From Corallochytrium limacisporum Hawaii (Eukaryota; Protista; Pluriformea), in contig PDIP01000095.1 in the NCBI GenBank assembly GCA_002811645.1, positions 1 to 38,002 on the forward strand: a stretch of 38,002 bases of DNA, read 5' to 3'. The notes beneath the pieces are model-generated. The model had not been told where the DNA came from, did no database searches, and saw nothing but the letters and a program-made list of their open reading frames with translations. Shown here one piece after another: positions 20,940-29,995 of this stretch. The translations under genes were made by a program, and so were the position numbers. How positions within the stretch are numbered: the stretch's first letter is position 1; the number at the start of each line of letters is the position of its first letter.

Positions 20940-21453
20940 ACTCTAACTTCCCCTTACGTTCATTACATTACATGCTTTCCAGACGACCCTATCAACAGTA
21001 GCCACAAGAGTACACCCTCCAAGTTGGGCTTCGCCCGCCGGTCCAAGTCTTTCCAGGGTTTTTTCACCGCGCTGTGCGGGTCTCGCTCTCTCCCGTCCTA
21101 ACTCCTGCCTCCAACCTCGTGGAGTTGCCGAAGACTGGGATGAAAAATCATTTGGTAGGGGGAGGGGGGAGGGAGAACAGATGGGGAGGGACAGACAGAC
21201 GGAAGGCAACGCAACTGCAACACACCTGAGGGCACTGAGCAGCGGCCTTAAGGGCGCGGATACGAAGAGCTGGGCACAGAGTCCTGTGCCACGGTTTGTC
21301 ATTGCATGGGAATTGTTGAGGATTGTGATAGTCTCCAACGATGCGGGTGTTTCTGACCTCAACAATCGAAGAAAGAGGACATGCTAGAGGTGTACATTAT
21401 CAGCAGTATCATTCTGCCCGGGAAAGAGTCCGACAGACCAACATACAAGCAAA

Positions 21454-22761
21454 ATGATAATTGTGCGGCGCACTGCGACAGTTACGATGCGTGGCCTGGC
21501 CCGGCCTGCTGTGGGTGGTCTCGCTGGAATCACTGCCCTCCGTGCCTACGCTGCTGAGTCGGACTCCCGAGAGCACGTTGTCGCCAGCGAGCCTGGAGCA
21601 ATTGATCAGATCACAAAGGACATTGCCTCTAGCGATCGCATTGCCTTCTCTGCCCGGTACAACAACTATGCCACCTACGTTACTCCGCGTCTGGTATTGG
21701 CCTGTATTGCCACTGACAACGCCGTGGCTATAGTTGACTGTCGCGCCGAGAACCGTGACGCAGTCAACGACTTGTTTCAGACCATTGGCTCCAGCAACAC
21801 CGAGGTCCTGCTCTACAACGGAGTCATGGAGCAACGTATTCTGTACGGACTGACCGGCAAAGACTCTCCCAGTGACCGGGTGCCTGTGTATGACCTAAGT
21901 ATTGCATCTGCTCTGGCCAGTGCCCAACACCCGCGGTCCCTGCCACAGTTGATCGCCTCCCTGCTCGATGCAGAGCCGCGCACCCTGTACGACAGTGCAG
22001 GCAAGGTCTTCCAGAACCGGCCTCTCAGTCCCGAGATTCAGGAACAGTGTTTCTATTCGGTCAAGTACAGTCACGCACTTTACAATGCGCTAAACCAGCA
22101 ACTGGCCGACAAGGGACGTGACGGTTGGATGGCCTACGAAATGACTGATGGTACCCAGACAGTTATGGCCGTGGATTCTCTGTCTGAGGAGGACTACTGG
22201 AATAACAGTTACGATTTCTTCGCCAGCCTCTCCGGGCCCACTCTGGCCATTGCTCGTGAACTGATAATGCTGCGTCACCGCATCGGACTGCGCGATAACA
22301 TCAAGCCTCAGACCTTGATTTCCAACATGGACACTCGCCGCATCGCAATTCGGAAGCCATATAGTGTGCGGGATTTGCAGGACGTCACCGACGTCAGGGA
22401 CTGGGTCATTGACCGGTATGGTGAGGAGATGATCCAGGCCATTACTACCGGCAACGCTGTCACCAGTGAGGAGGCACGATCCTACCGTGTCGCAATCCCA
22501 ACCGATTCGCAGATGGCTATTCCTTTGCTTGCACGCGCATACGCTCGGTCACTGTTAACTGATCAGGATGTACATGCGTCCCTCGCCGGCAGCCGCCGGC
22601 AGTTCGAGCGGGCATTGAAGACGAAATCCACATCTGGTGGTGTGGAAGACATGTGGTTCATGAAAGACTGGCGCCGGGATGTGTACGGCCAGGCCGTGTC
22701 CGATCTTCTAGCAGGCAACAAGAGCGTCTCTGTAAACGGTTCCACTTTGAGCTTTTCCTGA
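21454..22761 (+). CDS. Bacterial-type RNase D-like protein (DEDDy fold + HRDC) with catalytic residues lost; presequence-like N-terminus
   Basis: RIAFSARY..ATY..PRLVL ~ RIAVDTEF..RTY.PQLCL; YDLSIA ~ FDTQIA; FQNRPLS ~ W..RPLS; HRDC helices; C-terminal DWRRDVYG ~ GWRRELFG. Confidence 0.8.
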   Translation: MIIVRRTATVTMRGLARPAVGGLAGITALRAYAAESDSREHVVASEPGAIDQITKDIASSDRIAFSARYNNYATYVTPRLVLACIATDNAVAIVDCRAENRDAVNDLFQTIGSSNTEVLLYNGVMEQRILYGLTGKDSPSDRVPVYDLSIASALASAQHPRSLPQLIASLLDAEPRTLYDSAGKVFQNRPLSPEIQEQCFYSVKYSHALYNALNQQLADKGRDGWMAYEMTDGTQTVMAVDSLSEEDYWNNSYDFFASLSGPTLAIARELIMLRHRIGLRDNIKPQTLISNMDTRRIAIRKPYSVRDLQDVTDVRDWVIDRYGEEMIQAITTGNAVTSEEARSYRVAIPTDSQMAIPLLARAYARSLLTDQDVHASLAGSRRQFERALKTKSTSGGVEDMWFMKDWRRDVYGQAVSDLLAGNKSVSVNGSTLSFS

Positions 22762-22955
22762 AGGATGTCAACGTTAAGGCTCAAAACAGAAACGAAAAGA
22801 AAATACCCTTGACGAATCGGTAGATCACTTTCGGGTAAAATGAAATTCTCCTCCTGGATTTTATGTACAAACGGTCTATAGTACCTCTATACAATGTTTT
22901 AACTAAAGAACATATACCAAATGCCGGAAATACGCATTGTACTTCTGCAAATGAT

Positions 22956-25505
22956 TTACTGTTGCCGACACATTTCTCGAGGATCTGGAACTTCATCATC
23001 GTCATCGTCATCGTCTGCTCCATCGTTCTCGTCGTCCTCATCCTCACCGTCACCGTCTGAGCCCCGCTCGCCCCCGTGGCGTGCGGCTGCCATGCGCTGC
23101 AAGACCTGCAGCACATGGCTCATGCTTCCAGGACTCTCGTCATCAAATACATCATCACCCATAGACCCAAACTGGAACAACGCGCGCAGAAAGGCTGCAT
23201 CAGGTGCACCACCCAGACTCGTTTCGATGTCATCATCGTAGCCATCACTGCGGCGTTTTTGGTTCTCCTCTAATTGAGACCATTTCGGATTGGGAACCAT
23301 TTTGTGATAACCGGTAGGTTTCGCTGGTAGTTTCTGACCCTGGAAAGTGTCAGCCTTGCAGCCACTCACAACTTTGAAGGAAGCATCCAGTCCACCAGTC
23401 ACTAGCACAGGTCGGTGTGGATGCTCAGTGATGCAATTCACAGCTCCGTAGCTGTCGAGCATGATGCAATTGATGAGTTCACCGTTGTCTGCTCGCCAGA
23501 TGAAGAGATTGCCCGAATCACAACCGCCTGCGACATATTCGCTGTTGGGACCAAGAAAGGTACACCCCTTGACAGTGTCCGCGTTGCGTGCTCCACTGTA
23601 CTGTTGCAGGGCGCGAATGCGATTCGATGGAGCGATGAAGGCTCCGTGGCGCAGACCATAGTCGCTCGGCACAGCATATAGGTCGTCATCGTTGAAATTG
23701 CCAAGGATTCGGGTGCCATCACGTGAATAGCGCAGTGAGGTGGCGTGTGGCTCGTTTCTCAGGTTGGGCGGTGCATGTTGCACTGCAACCCTTGGTGTCC
23801 GCGACGGGATGTACTTGTTCAACAGAGGTTCAACGTCCCACACTCCACTGTTCTTCTGCTTGTCACTAGAATCCAATTTGTTGCTCCAAATCTTGTGATG
23901 ATTAACTAAATTCGGATGATCACCGTCTTCACTCAGTGTGCAACTGCGCAATCTGTCGTCTGCGTTGCGGTATGATCGACAATAACGCAAATCAAATTCG
24001 TCGATACTCGCGGCTGTCCCTGACACCACGAAGTGATTCGTTTGACGTGGATTAATGTCTACCGAATAGAGGGCGTGGCCCCTCCACGACGTGAGCAACT
24101 GCACCCGCTCATCCTCCGACGTACGCATGTCGTATAGGAACGCCTTGCCATCTTCGGCGCAGGTGAGTAGAAAACGACCCTCCGGATGGATGGCAAATTT
24201 ATGAGCTCGCCCCATGTGCCGCCGAAACATCTTAGGTTCGCACGATCCGTCCGGCCTGATCATACTCTGAATGTACCGGCCATCTGCGGCACAGGTTATC
24301 ATGCACCGATCCCCAGTGAACGGTACATACTGTGCCTGGAATATATTGTGCGTGTGCCCCGGTTCCACGGTCATGATCTTGTTAGCAGGCTCGCCCCATT
24401 CAGTTTCAGGGCCATCTGTCTTCCAAACAAACACCTTGAGATCATCCGAACCCGTCAGTAGTCGACTACCGTCTTGATTGAACCACACCGCATTCACGCA
24501 GCCAGCATGAGCTTCCACTTCTTTTACCGGAGCCAGCCAGCGTACCATACGGTCATTCCAAGCCAGGGCTTGGTAGTAGGCTCGATGACCAAGAGCTGTT
24601 GCCTTGCCGGCTCCACGCGACTGGCGCCCTGCACAGAAAAGATTGGACCTGCGCAGGTTTTCTGTGGACCGCCCACCGCCACCGATTTCTCTGTCTAGCA
24701 GTGTGTGGAAAACACGGGCATGTTTGTTCGGACAGTACGGTCGACTGATAAGGCCTGGGTCGCTGCGGTAGAAGTGTTGCGGATGTTTTGGGGTAGGTTG
24801 GTAGCCCAGAGCCTGGTGAATGATATCACTGACTTCATTGCCCGGTCGGTCTGCACTTTTCTGATTGCGATATGCCTTGACTGCATCAATGGTACGCTCT
24901 CTGCGCTGTCGGTGCAGACAGTATGGCATACACTGAGTGTATTGTTCTTCATCGGCAATGCTCTTGGAAGAGCCAGAACAATGCAAACCGCATAACTGTT
25001 CATGCCATTTGCTCAGGGGTGCGTTAGGACCACACCGTCGCTGGAATGCTTTTTCCTCTGTTGCCATAACCAGGGATATGCCCTTTCTTTGTTCTAGTTT
25101 CGTCAAGTATTCCACGCCTGCATCGGCAATTTGTTTTCCTTTCTTCGCGTACATATTGTACGGACTCATGTACTCCATCCATGCCATAGCCTCATCGTAC
25201 GACTTGGGCATCTGAACTTCCGTTGGACCTGGCGAGTGACGGGACTCGTATGGCATGTCATATACGGGGCTCCTAGCTTCGTCCCCATCAGATTCTTCAT
25301 CTTCGTCTGAATCACTATGGTCTCTCATCAAATCATCACCGCTTCCCATTCGGTCACTATCACTTTGATTTTGGTTCCTATCAATATTGTCTAGCGTCGC
25401 TTGATTATTTTCAATACCACCAGAATCCTCTTGAGCCTCCAGGTCGACCATGCAATCCTGGGGCCGGCTTGCACTAGAATCTTCGCTCTGCTGTGTCGGA
25501 CTCAT
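22956..25505 (-). CDS. DCAF8: DDB1-CUL4-associated WD40 protein DCAF8-like, with long N-terminal extension
   Basis: HAGCVNAVWFN, TGSDD, GHTHNIFQA, TCAADG, YSGARNADTVKG..FLGPNSEYV, GNLFIW. Confidence 0.9.
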   Translation of the reverse strand: MSPTQQSEDSSASRPQDCMVDLEAQEDSGGIENNQATLDNIDRNQNQSDSDRMGSGDDLMRDHSDSDEDEESDGDEARSPVYDMPYESRHSPGPTEVQMPKSYDEAMAWMEYMSPYNMYAKKGKQIADAGVEYLTKLEQRKGISLVMATEEKAFQRRCGPNAPLSKWHEQLCGLHCSGSSKSIADEEQYTQCMPYCLHRQRRERTIDAVKAYRNQKSADRPGNEVSDIIHQALGYQPTPKHPQHFYRSDPGLISRPYCPNKHARVFHTLLDREIGGGGRSTENLRRSNLFCAGRQSRGAGKATALGHRAYYQALAWNDRMVRWLAPVKEVEAHAGCVNAVWFNQDGSRLLTGSDDLKVFVWKTDGPETEWGEPANKIMTVEPGHTHNIFQAQYVPFTGDRCMITCAADGRYIQSMIRPDGSCEPKMFRRHMGRAHKFAIHPEGRFLLTCAEDGKAFLYDMRTSEDERVQLLTSWRGHALYSVDINPRQTNHFVVSGTAASIDEFDLRYCRSYRNADDRLRSCTLSEDGDHPNLVNHHKIWSNKLDSSDKQKNSGVWDVEPLLNKYIPSRTPRVAVQHAPPNLRNEPHATSLRYSRDGTRILGNFNDDDLYAVPSDYGLRHGAFIAPSNRIRALQQYSGARNADTVKGCTFLGPNSEYVAGGCDSGNLFIWRADNGELINCIMLDSYGAVNCITEHPHRPVLVTGGLDASFKVVSGCKADTFQGQKLPAKPTGYHKMVPNPKWSQLEENQKRRSDGYDDDIETSLGGAPDAAFLRALFQFGSMGDDVFDDESPGSMSHVLQVLQRMAAARHGGERGSDGDGEDEDDENDGADDDDDDDEVPDPREMCRQQ

Positions 25506-25829
25506 TCTTTTTTCTTTAAACTCTTCTGATCTACTTCATGTTGACTGAAAGAATCGGAGTTACATCCTTGTCTCTCAAGTACCATGTCGTTCTATATGCT
25601 AGATCTCTGTGTGGTACTGTTATGACTGAACATTGATCCCACAGCTCGAACTGCTAAATACGTGCCCAATAGTGCCACAGTCGGCAAGATCATCGTACAA
25701 GAAACCCATACAGACGTTAAGCGACATATCATAAAACAGTGAAAGCCGCCGCCCCAAAAGGACGCTGTGGAATAGAACGCCTTTGTCAAATCCGCCTGGC
25801 AGCCAGTAAGACAGACAGATGTTGTGGAC

Positions 25830-26430
25830 ACGGGCCTAAGGGGGTCTGCCGACCCAAACACACCCGACGGACTCGTCGAACAAATTCCTAAACCCGCAGC
25901 TCGCAAGGCCGCCCCCTCCCTCCGTTAGGTATGGGTTTGTGTGCCGCGGGCTTCTCCCTTCCCTTCCCCAAGGATTCTTGCCAAAGTTTACTGAAGAGAA
26001 AGACCGTTGCAATTGCATTGCTCACAAGGAGCGCACAGTAAAAGGAACCGAGAACGACTTGTTGATCAGAGGCCCCACCGACCTCACGGAGGACAGTTAC
26101 GGGCAAAAGTAACAACCGGCGGCTGTCAGCGTACTCGTACTTTGAAAGCCCGGGCCCAATCCTTGGCACGGCCTCCCCGCTGTCTTGGTCTATGCACCGG
26201 AAGCCAGTCACAACACACGAAAATTGACTGGCTTATGTTGGCCCCCCCCCCCGGGGGGGGGTCTCCATATCTCCGCCTCTCCTGCTTTCGGGAGGGCGGG
26301 TTTCTCAGTGTGTACACCTAACCGTGTCGGATCGCACCTCAGAAACTACCTGCGTGAGGGCAGTGACTTTGCGTCCGTACGGGATTGCGACTGTTAGGAA
26401 GGCAGTGGAGAGGCGAAGTTTTTGGTTTTT
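25830..26430 (+). ncRNA. Putative large structured RNA of unknown class, ending in T5 tracts
   Basis: Nested helices: 25950-67/26397-414, 25968-76/26158-66, 25982-87/26139-44, 25987-93/26036-42, 26201-10/26225-34, C11G9 at 26242-61, 26273-26299; G.U pairs favour the + strand. Confidence 0.4.
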
Positions 26431-26489
26431 ATTGTTTGAGTGAGACTTTGAAGTTTTTAGAATGGTTTTTGAAACGGTCTGGATTCCAT

Positions 26490-26755
26490 TCTATATGCTC
26501 ATTAGTTGGAGGTGAAGGAAGGGGTCCTTTCTCGCCGAACTGATCGTGCTCCTCTGGAGTGAGAATATGGTTATAGGTCAAGAACTGGTGCATGAACTCG
26601 TTGCGGTCCTCACGCCAGATATACCCGTACTCCTCCATCTGATCTCGGTAGCTGTTGCACTCAGAGATGACCTCCATGATCTTCTCCATGAAGCGACTAG
26701 TCAAGTTCTGCACATCGGCTTTATTTGCAATGACCTGCTCATAGGTTTCGCCCGG
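26490..26755 (-). pseudogene. Isolated ~88-codon fragment of an axonemal outer-arm dynein heavy chain (DNAH9/11/17-like)
   Basis: YRDQMEEYGYIWREDRNEFMHQFLTYNHILTPEEHDQFGEKGPLPSPPT resembles the tail motif Y.YLYVDDRKEFMRQFLLYGHILT.EEIE...DG.PE.PPT; no other dynein sequence recognised nearby. Confidence 0.75.
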
Positions 26756-27254
26756 TAGGGGTAAAGACCAGGGCGGGTCTCTGTGGCAATTTGACTTACG
26801 GACTATTTCTTTATACCGCTGTCAAAGTAACTGTAATTTACACTGGAGGGTTGGAATCTGGAGAACTGGCAGATACAGGAAGTACGTGAAAAGGGGTCTA
26901 GTTTCAAATAATCCGTATAAGTTTTTGCCGGCGGGTACGGGCAATATTTCCATTTTCGTTGAACCTTTCACCTGAAGGGTTGTTCCCGAGGCCCGTCCCG
27001 GAAGCGAACACCACTTCTCCGGCGCGCCCAACTGAGGTTCGCGCACAGCGACAAAGTCGTCAGTGAAGAATGCTCGGATGTAGTTTCATTGGAGACAATG
27101 GGTTCGCATTGATGCTTTTCTAACGCGTGAGGTATACAGTAGCTGACAAAAACGGTCATTGAACAGCATCAGAATGAGCCTCAATCAGCAAATATGAGAC
27201 AACATGCGATGGGACATCAAGATGAATTCGTATAGAAGAGGAAAGTAGACGAAT

Positions 27255-29480
27255 ATGGAGGACGAAGAAAAGTTTCCGGCGCGTCAGCCAAGTCCACGGC
27301 TTGTTGTCACCAAAGACAGCAGTGAACATGCCGACGACGGGGAAACTTCAGTAAAAGATAGTGATTTCGACATAGAAGAAGTTATTCCTCACAAGAAGAC
27401 TCTGCGAAAAAGCCCACGAGAACGTGTTCGGAGCCGCAGAATAACGGACGAGATATCAACGGACGAAGATGAAGAAGACGTTGACGCCGACGGCCTCGAA
27501 TCAGAGGGGTCCAATTCAAGTATGGAAGCTAGAAAGCAGGCCCAGGCGGTGGCTGCTGCTACCAGGTCAACGGTAAAGCAAACACCAAATATTGACGACG
27601 AAGGGGAGTCCGAACTGAAGGAGGAAGAAGACGATCTGAAGGCGGATCCATCTACGCAGCACAGAAAAGCAGCCCTTGAGGCAAGTAATTCCCCATTACA
27701 CATCAAGAACGCGTCCAACGGGAAGGCAGCCAGTGAGCGTCGCAAGGTGGACAGCGACAGTGCCAGCAGGCTGTCTGCGGGCCGTTCTCGGGCCATCTCG
27801 TCTGGAATTTTGACACAAGGCAGTGCTGATGCAGCTTTAAGTGCGGGGAAAAAGAATTTATGTGGGCTGAATGCTCCTCGTAGCAATGCACAACAGATCC
27901 TGATGAGCGGCAAGGACCCTCGGGCGAAATATGATGAGCTCGTGGCGAACACAAGGTCATCCGCCAATGCCGCATCCTTGCGGTTCGATGGACGTTCAGG
28001 ATTCCCGGCATCGGACTATGGTGACTCTTCGCGGGTGCCGACTTCTCTTGTAGCTCGCAAAGCACCCAAAGGTCATGAGACAATGCCAATGCCCTCCGAC
28101 ACATTTCGTGACCGGATTCGTGACCGGGTCAACAGAGCAACATCCAGTGATAGTGACGCAGTGCCACTGCAAAAAGTAGAGAGTCAAAGCTTCTTTAGGT
28201 CTGCTTTAGCATGGCTCACGGGGAATAAGAAGGAAAAGCCTGACCGTCCAAAGGCCGCTTTCACCATTGGTTCCGATGGCGAGAACCAGGCCGCCCTAAC
28301 CCCGGAAACGGAGGCACTGTACATGAGCTTGAACAGCCCTATGTCCGAGGACGCGACTGAGTCAGAGCACGTGCGTAAACCAGCGCCTTTCTGGCGGGTA
28401 ACAGTCCTTAGTTTCTGTGTGCTCATCGTCGCTCTGATCTACACGTATCAGAGACGAGTACACTATCTGAGCTATGTTGAGGACAAAGTGCTGAAACTGG
28501 CAGAACCACGGGTTGTAATTGATGATGCTGGTGCCATGTGGCAGCATTGGGATCTACCGTGCACTGCAGGCCGGCAGAACACAGAAAGCAGTGCCGTAGC
28601 GGAAGACGATGACAGTGCTTCCGGGAAAGCATCACAACACAACTGTGTTCGGATGGTCGTGGACGGCCTGTTCAGCAATGAGTTGCTTGACCAACTGAAG
28701 GTCTTAACGGACATGTTCGTGACACTTGGAGCTACCAACGAGGCCATGCTCGAATGTGCTTACCTTGATATTCACCGGCTTGGCTTAGTGCGGGGCACAG
28801 ATGTGATAGACATCCGTCGGCTGGAGGGTGCGCCGCAAATGAAAGCTGAAGGTCGGGAAGCTATCAAGTTTGTAGCTGAGACCGTGCGGGACGCGGTACG
28901 GCAGGCACTGTACGGACTGGATAGCAAGGCATCAACTGACAGTGATACCGACCAACAGGATCTGTACTTCACTTCACCAACGTTCGTAGCTCACTGCTCA
29001 AACCATACACTTCGCTTTCTTGCGCAAGAACGAGAGGAGAGTGTCCTCGCTAAAAGGCTCGGTAAGGTCAGCAAGAAAAGCAAGAAAGGTGGCACCGTTC
29101 GGGACAAACTGCTCGCGGCCCAACTCAACTACTGGCATCCGCACATGAGCCCCATGCTATGGCAGAGTGGCACGATGATGGCAATCCTACAACTAGGGGA
29201 CCCTTCCGTAGAGTTCTCTGGCGGAGATATCGTCCTCCACGACAGCGCGGAAAACGAACACATCCTTGATGCACGCAAGGGCCGCCTGGTAGTACTTTCA
29301 GTTGGCCCGGAAAACGACTGGAGTGTATCCCATATCCTTACAGGCACCTCGAACGCCGTCTTCTTCACCTTCACTCATGAGGCCGTGTACGGCATCTACA
29401 GTCACCTTCTCTACGGTGAGGCCCCCGCGAGTCAGGGAAACGGTTTCACTCAGACCACAAGTAGCGAAAGTGGGAAGTGA
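27255..29480 (+). CDS. OGFOD3: OGFOD3-like type II membrane 2OG-Fe(II) oxygenase-fold protein; Fe ligands degenerate; long acidic N-terminus
   Basis: TM at aa ~380-398; CVRMVVD, LDIH, LYFTSPTF, YWHPH, FSGG, RKGRLV, GPEN. Confidence 0.78.
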   Translation: MEDEEKFPARQPSPRLVVTKDSSEHADDGETSVKDSDFDIEEVIPHKKTLRKSPRERVRSRRITDEISTDEDEEDVDADGLESEGSNSSMEARKQAQAVAAATRSTVKQTPNIDDEGESELKEEEDDLKADPSTQHRKAALEASNSPLHIKNASNGKAASERRKVDSDSASRLSAGRSRAISSGILTQGSADAALSAGKKNLCGLNAPRSNAQQILMSGKDPRAKYDELVANTRSSANAASLRFDGRSGFPASDYGDSSRVPTSLVARKAPKGHETMPMPSDTFRDRIRDRVNRATSSDSDAVPLQKVESQSFFRSALAWLTGNKKEKPDRPKAAFTIGSDGENQAALTPETEALYMSLNSPMSEDATESEHVRKPAPFWRVTVLSFCVLIVALIYTYQRRVHYLSYVEDKVLKLAEPRVVIDDAGAMWQHWDLPCTAGRQNTESSAVAEDDDSASGKASQHNCVRMVVDGLFSNELLDQLKVLTDMFVTLGATNEAMLECAYLDIHRLGLVRGTDVIDIRRLEGAPQMKAEGREAIKFVAETVRDAVRQALYGLDSKASTDSDTDQQDLYFTSPTFVAHCSNHTLRFLAQEREESVLAKRLGKVSKKSKKGGTVRDKLLAAQLNYWHPHMSPMLWQSGTMMAILQLGDPSVEFSGGDIVLHDSAENEHILDARKGRLVVLSVGPENDWSVSHILTGTSNAVFFTFTHEAVYGIYSHLLYGEAPASQGNGFTQTTSSESGK

Positions 29481-29995
29481 ATAGCTTGAGCACCATCAAC
29501 AGATATGAATTTGTATATGGATAGATCCGTTGCAATAGACGCGTGAACACAATACATATGCTGAGATCCAGTGGCGTTGCCAGGGATCTCGACCTTCAGC
29601 TCTTCTCTCTCCCTCTCGGGGTCGGCCTCTCCCTCTGTCTCTCCCTCTAACGGGGGCCTTACGGCTCTCTCGCTCCCTGTTTTCCACCACGTCCAGCCGA
29701 TTTGCCCTTGTGAGTCGGTGATTGGGGGCGAGCGGGACCCCCGAGGTGTGTGTTGCCCGGAGTTAGGGCACGCACGGGGAGAGGGTGGCCGGTCTCGTGG
29801 TCCACGATTTGTCTGTCGTGCCTTGTACGATTCGAGTGTTCATCGGTTGGGTACTTTGGAGAGACAAACAGACCGCGATGTTTCATTTGACTTTACAGCC
29901 AGGCGTAGGTGATGTAATAGTGTGTGGCTCAAGGTATGTGATATACTAGTACTAAACTTGGGTCACTGGTAGTGTAAAATCGTTGTGGGAACAAC

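Noticed and set aside
25991-26060. Hammerhead core CTGAAGA
   Set aside because: No stem II closed by CGAAA at a suitable distance
26153-26245. HDV-like ribozyme (GCCTCCCCGCTG resembles the HDV P3/L3)
   Set aside because: P3 and P1 are mismatched, the P1.1 GG is missing, and there is no credible P2 or J4/2 catalytic C
25887-26323. Telomerase template within the 26-kb element (CCTAAACCC; CCTAACC)
   Set aside because: The first specifies TTTAGGG rather than the observed TTAGGG; the second is only 7 nt and lies within a small hairpin
25890-26350. Group I intron Q/R-like words (AACCCGCAGC, TCAGAAACTAC)
   Set aside because: No P or S elements, the G-binding pair is absent, and there is no host exon
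26781-26799. 19-nt GTAAGT...CAG micro-intron on the minus strand upstream of the dynein fragment
   Set aside because: The flanking sequence shows no dynein similarity I could recognise, and no other gene here needs micro-introns
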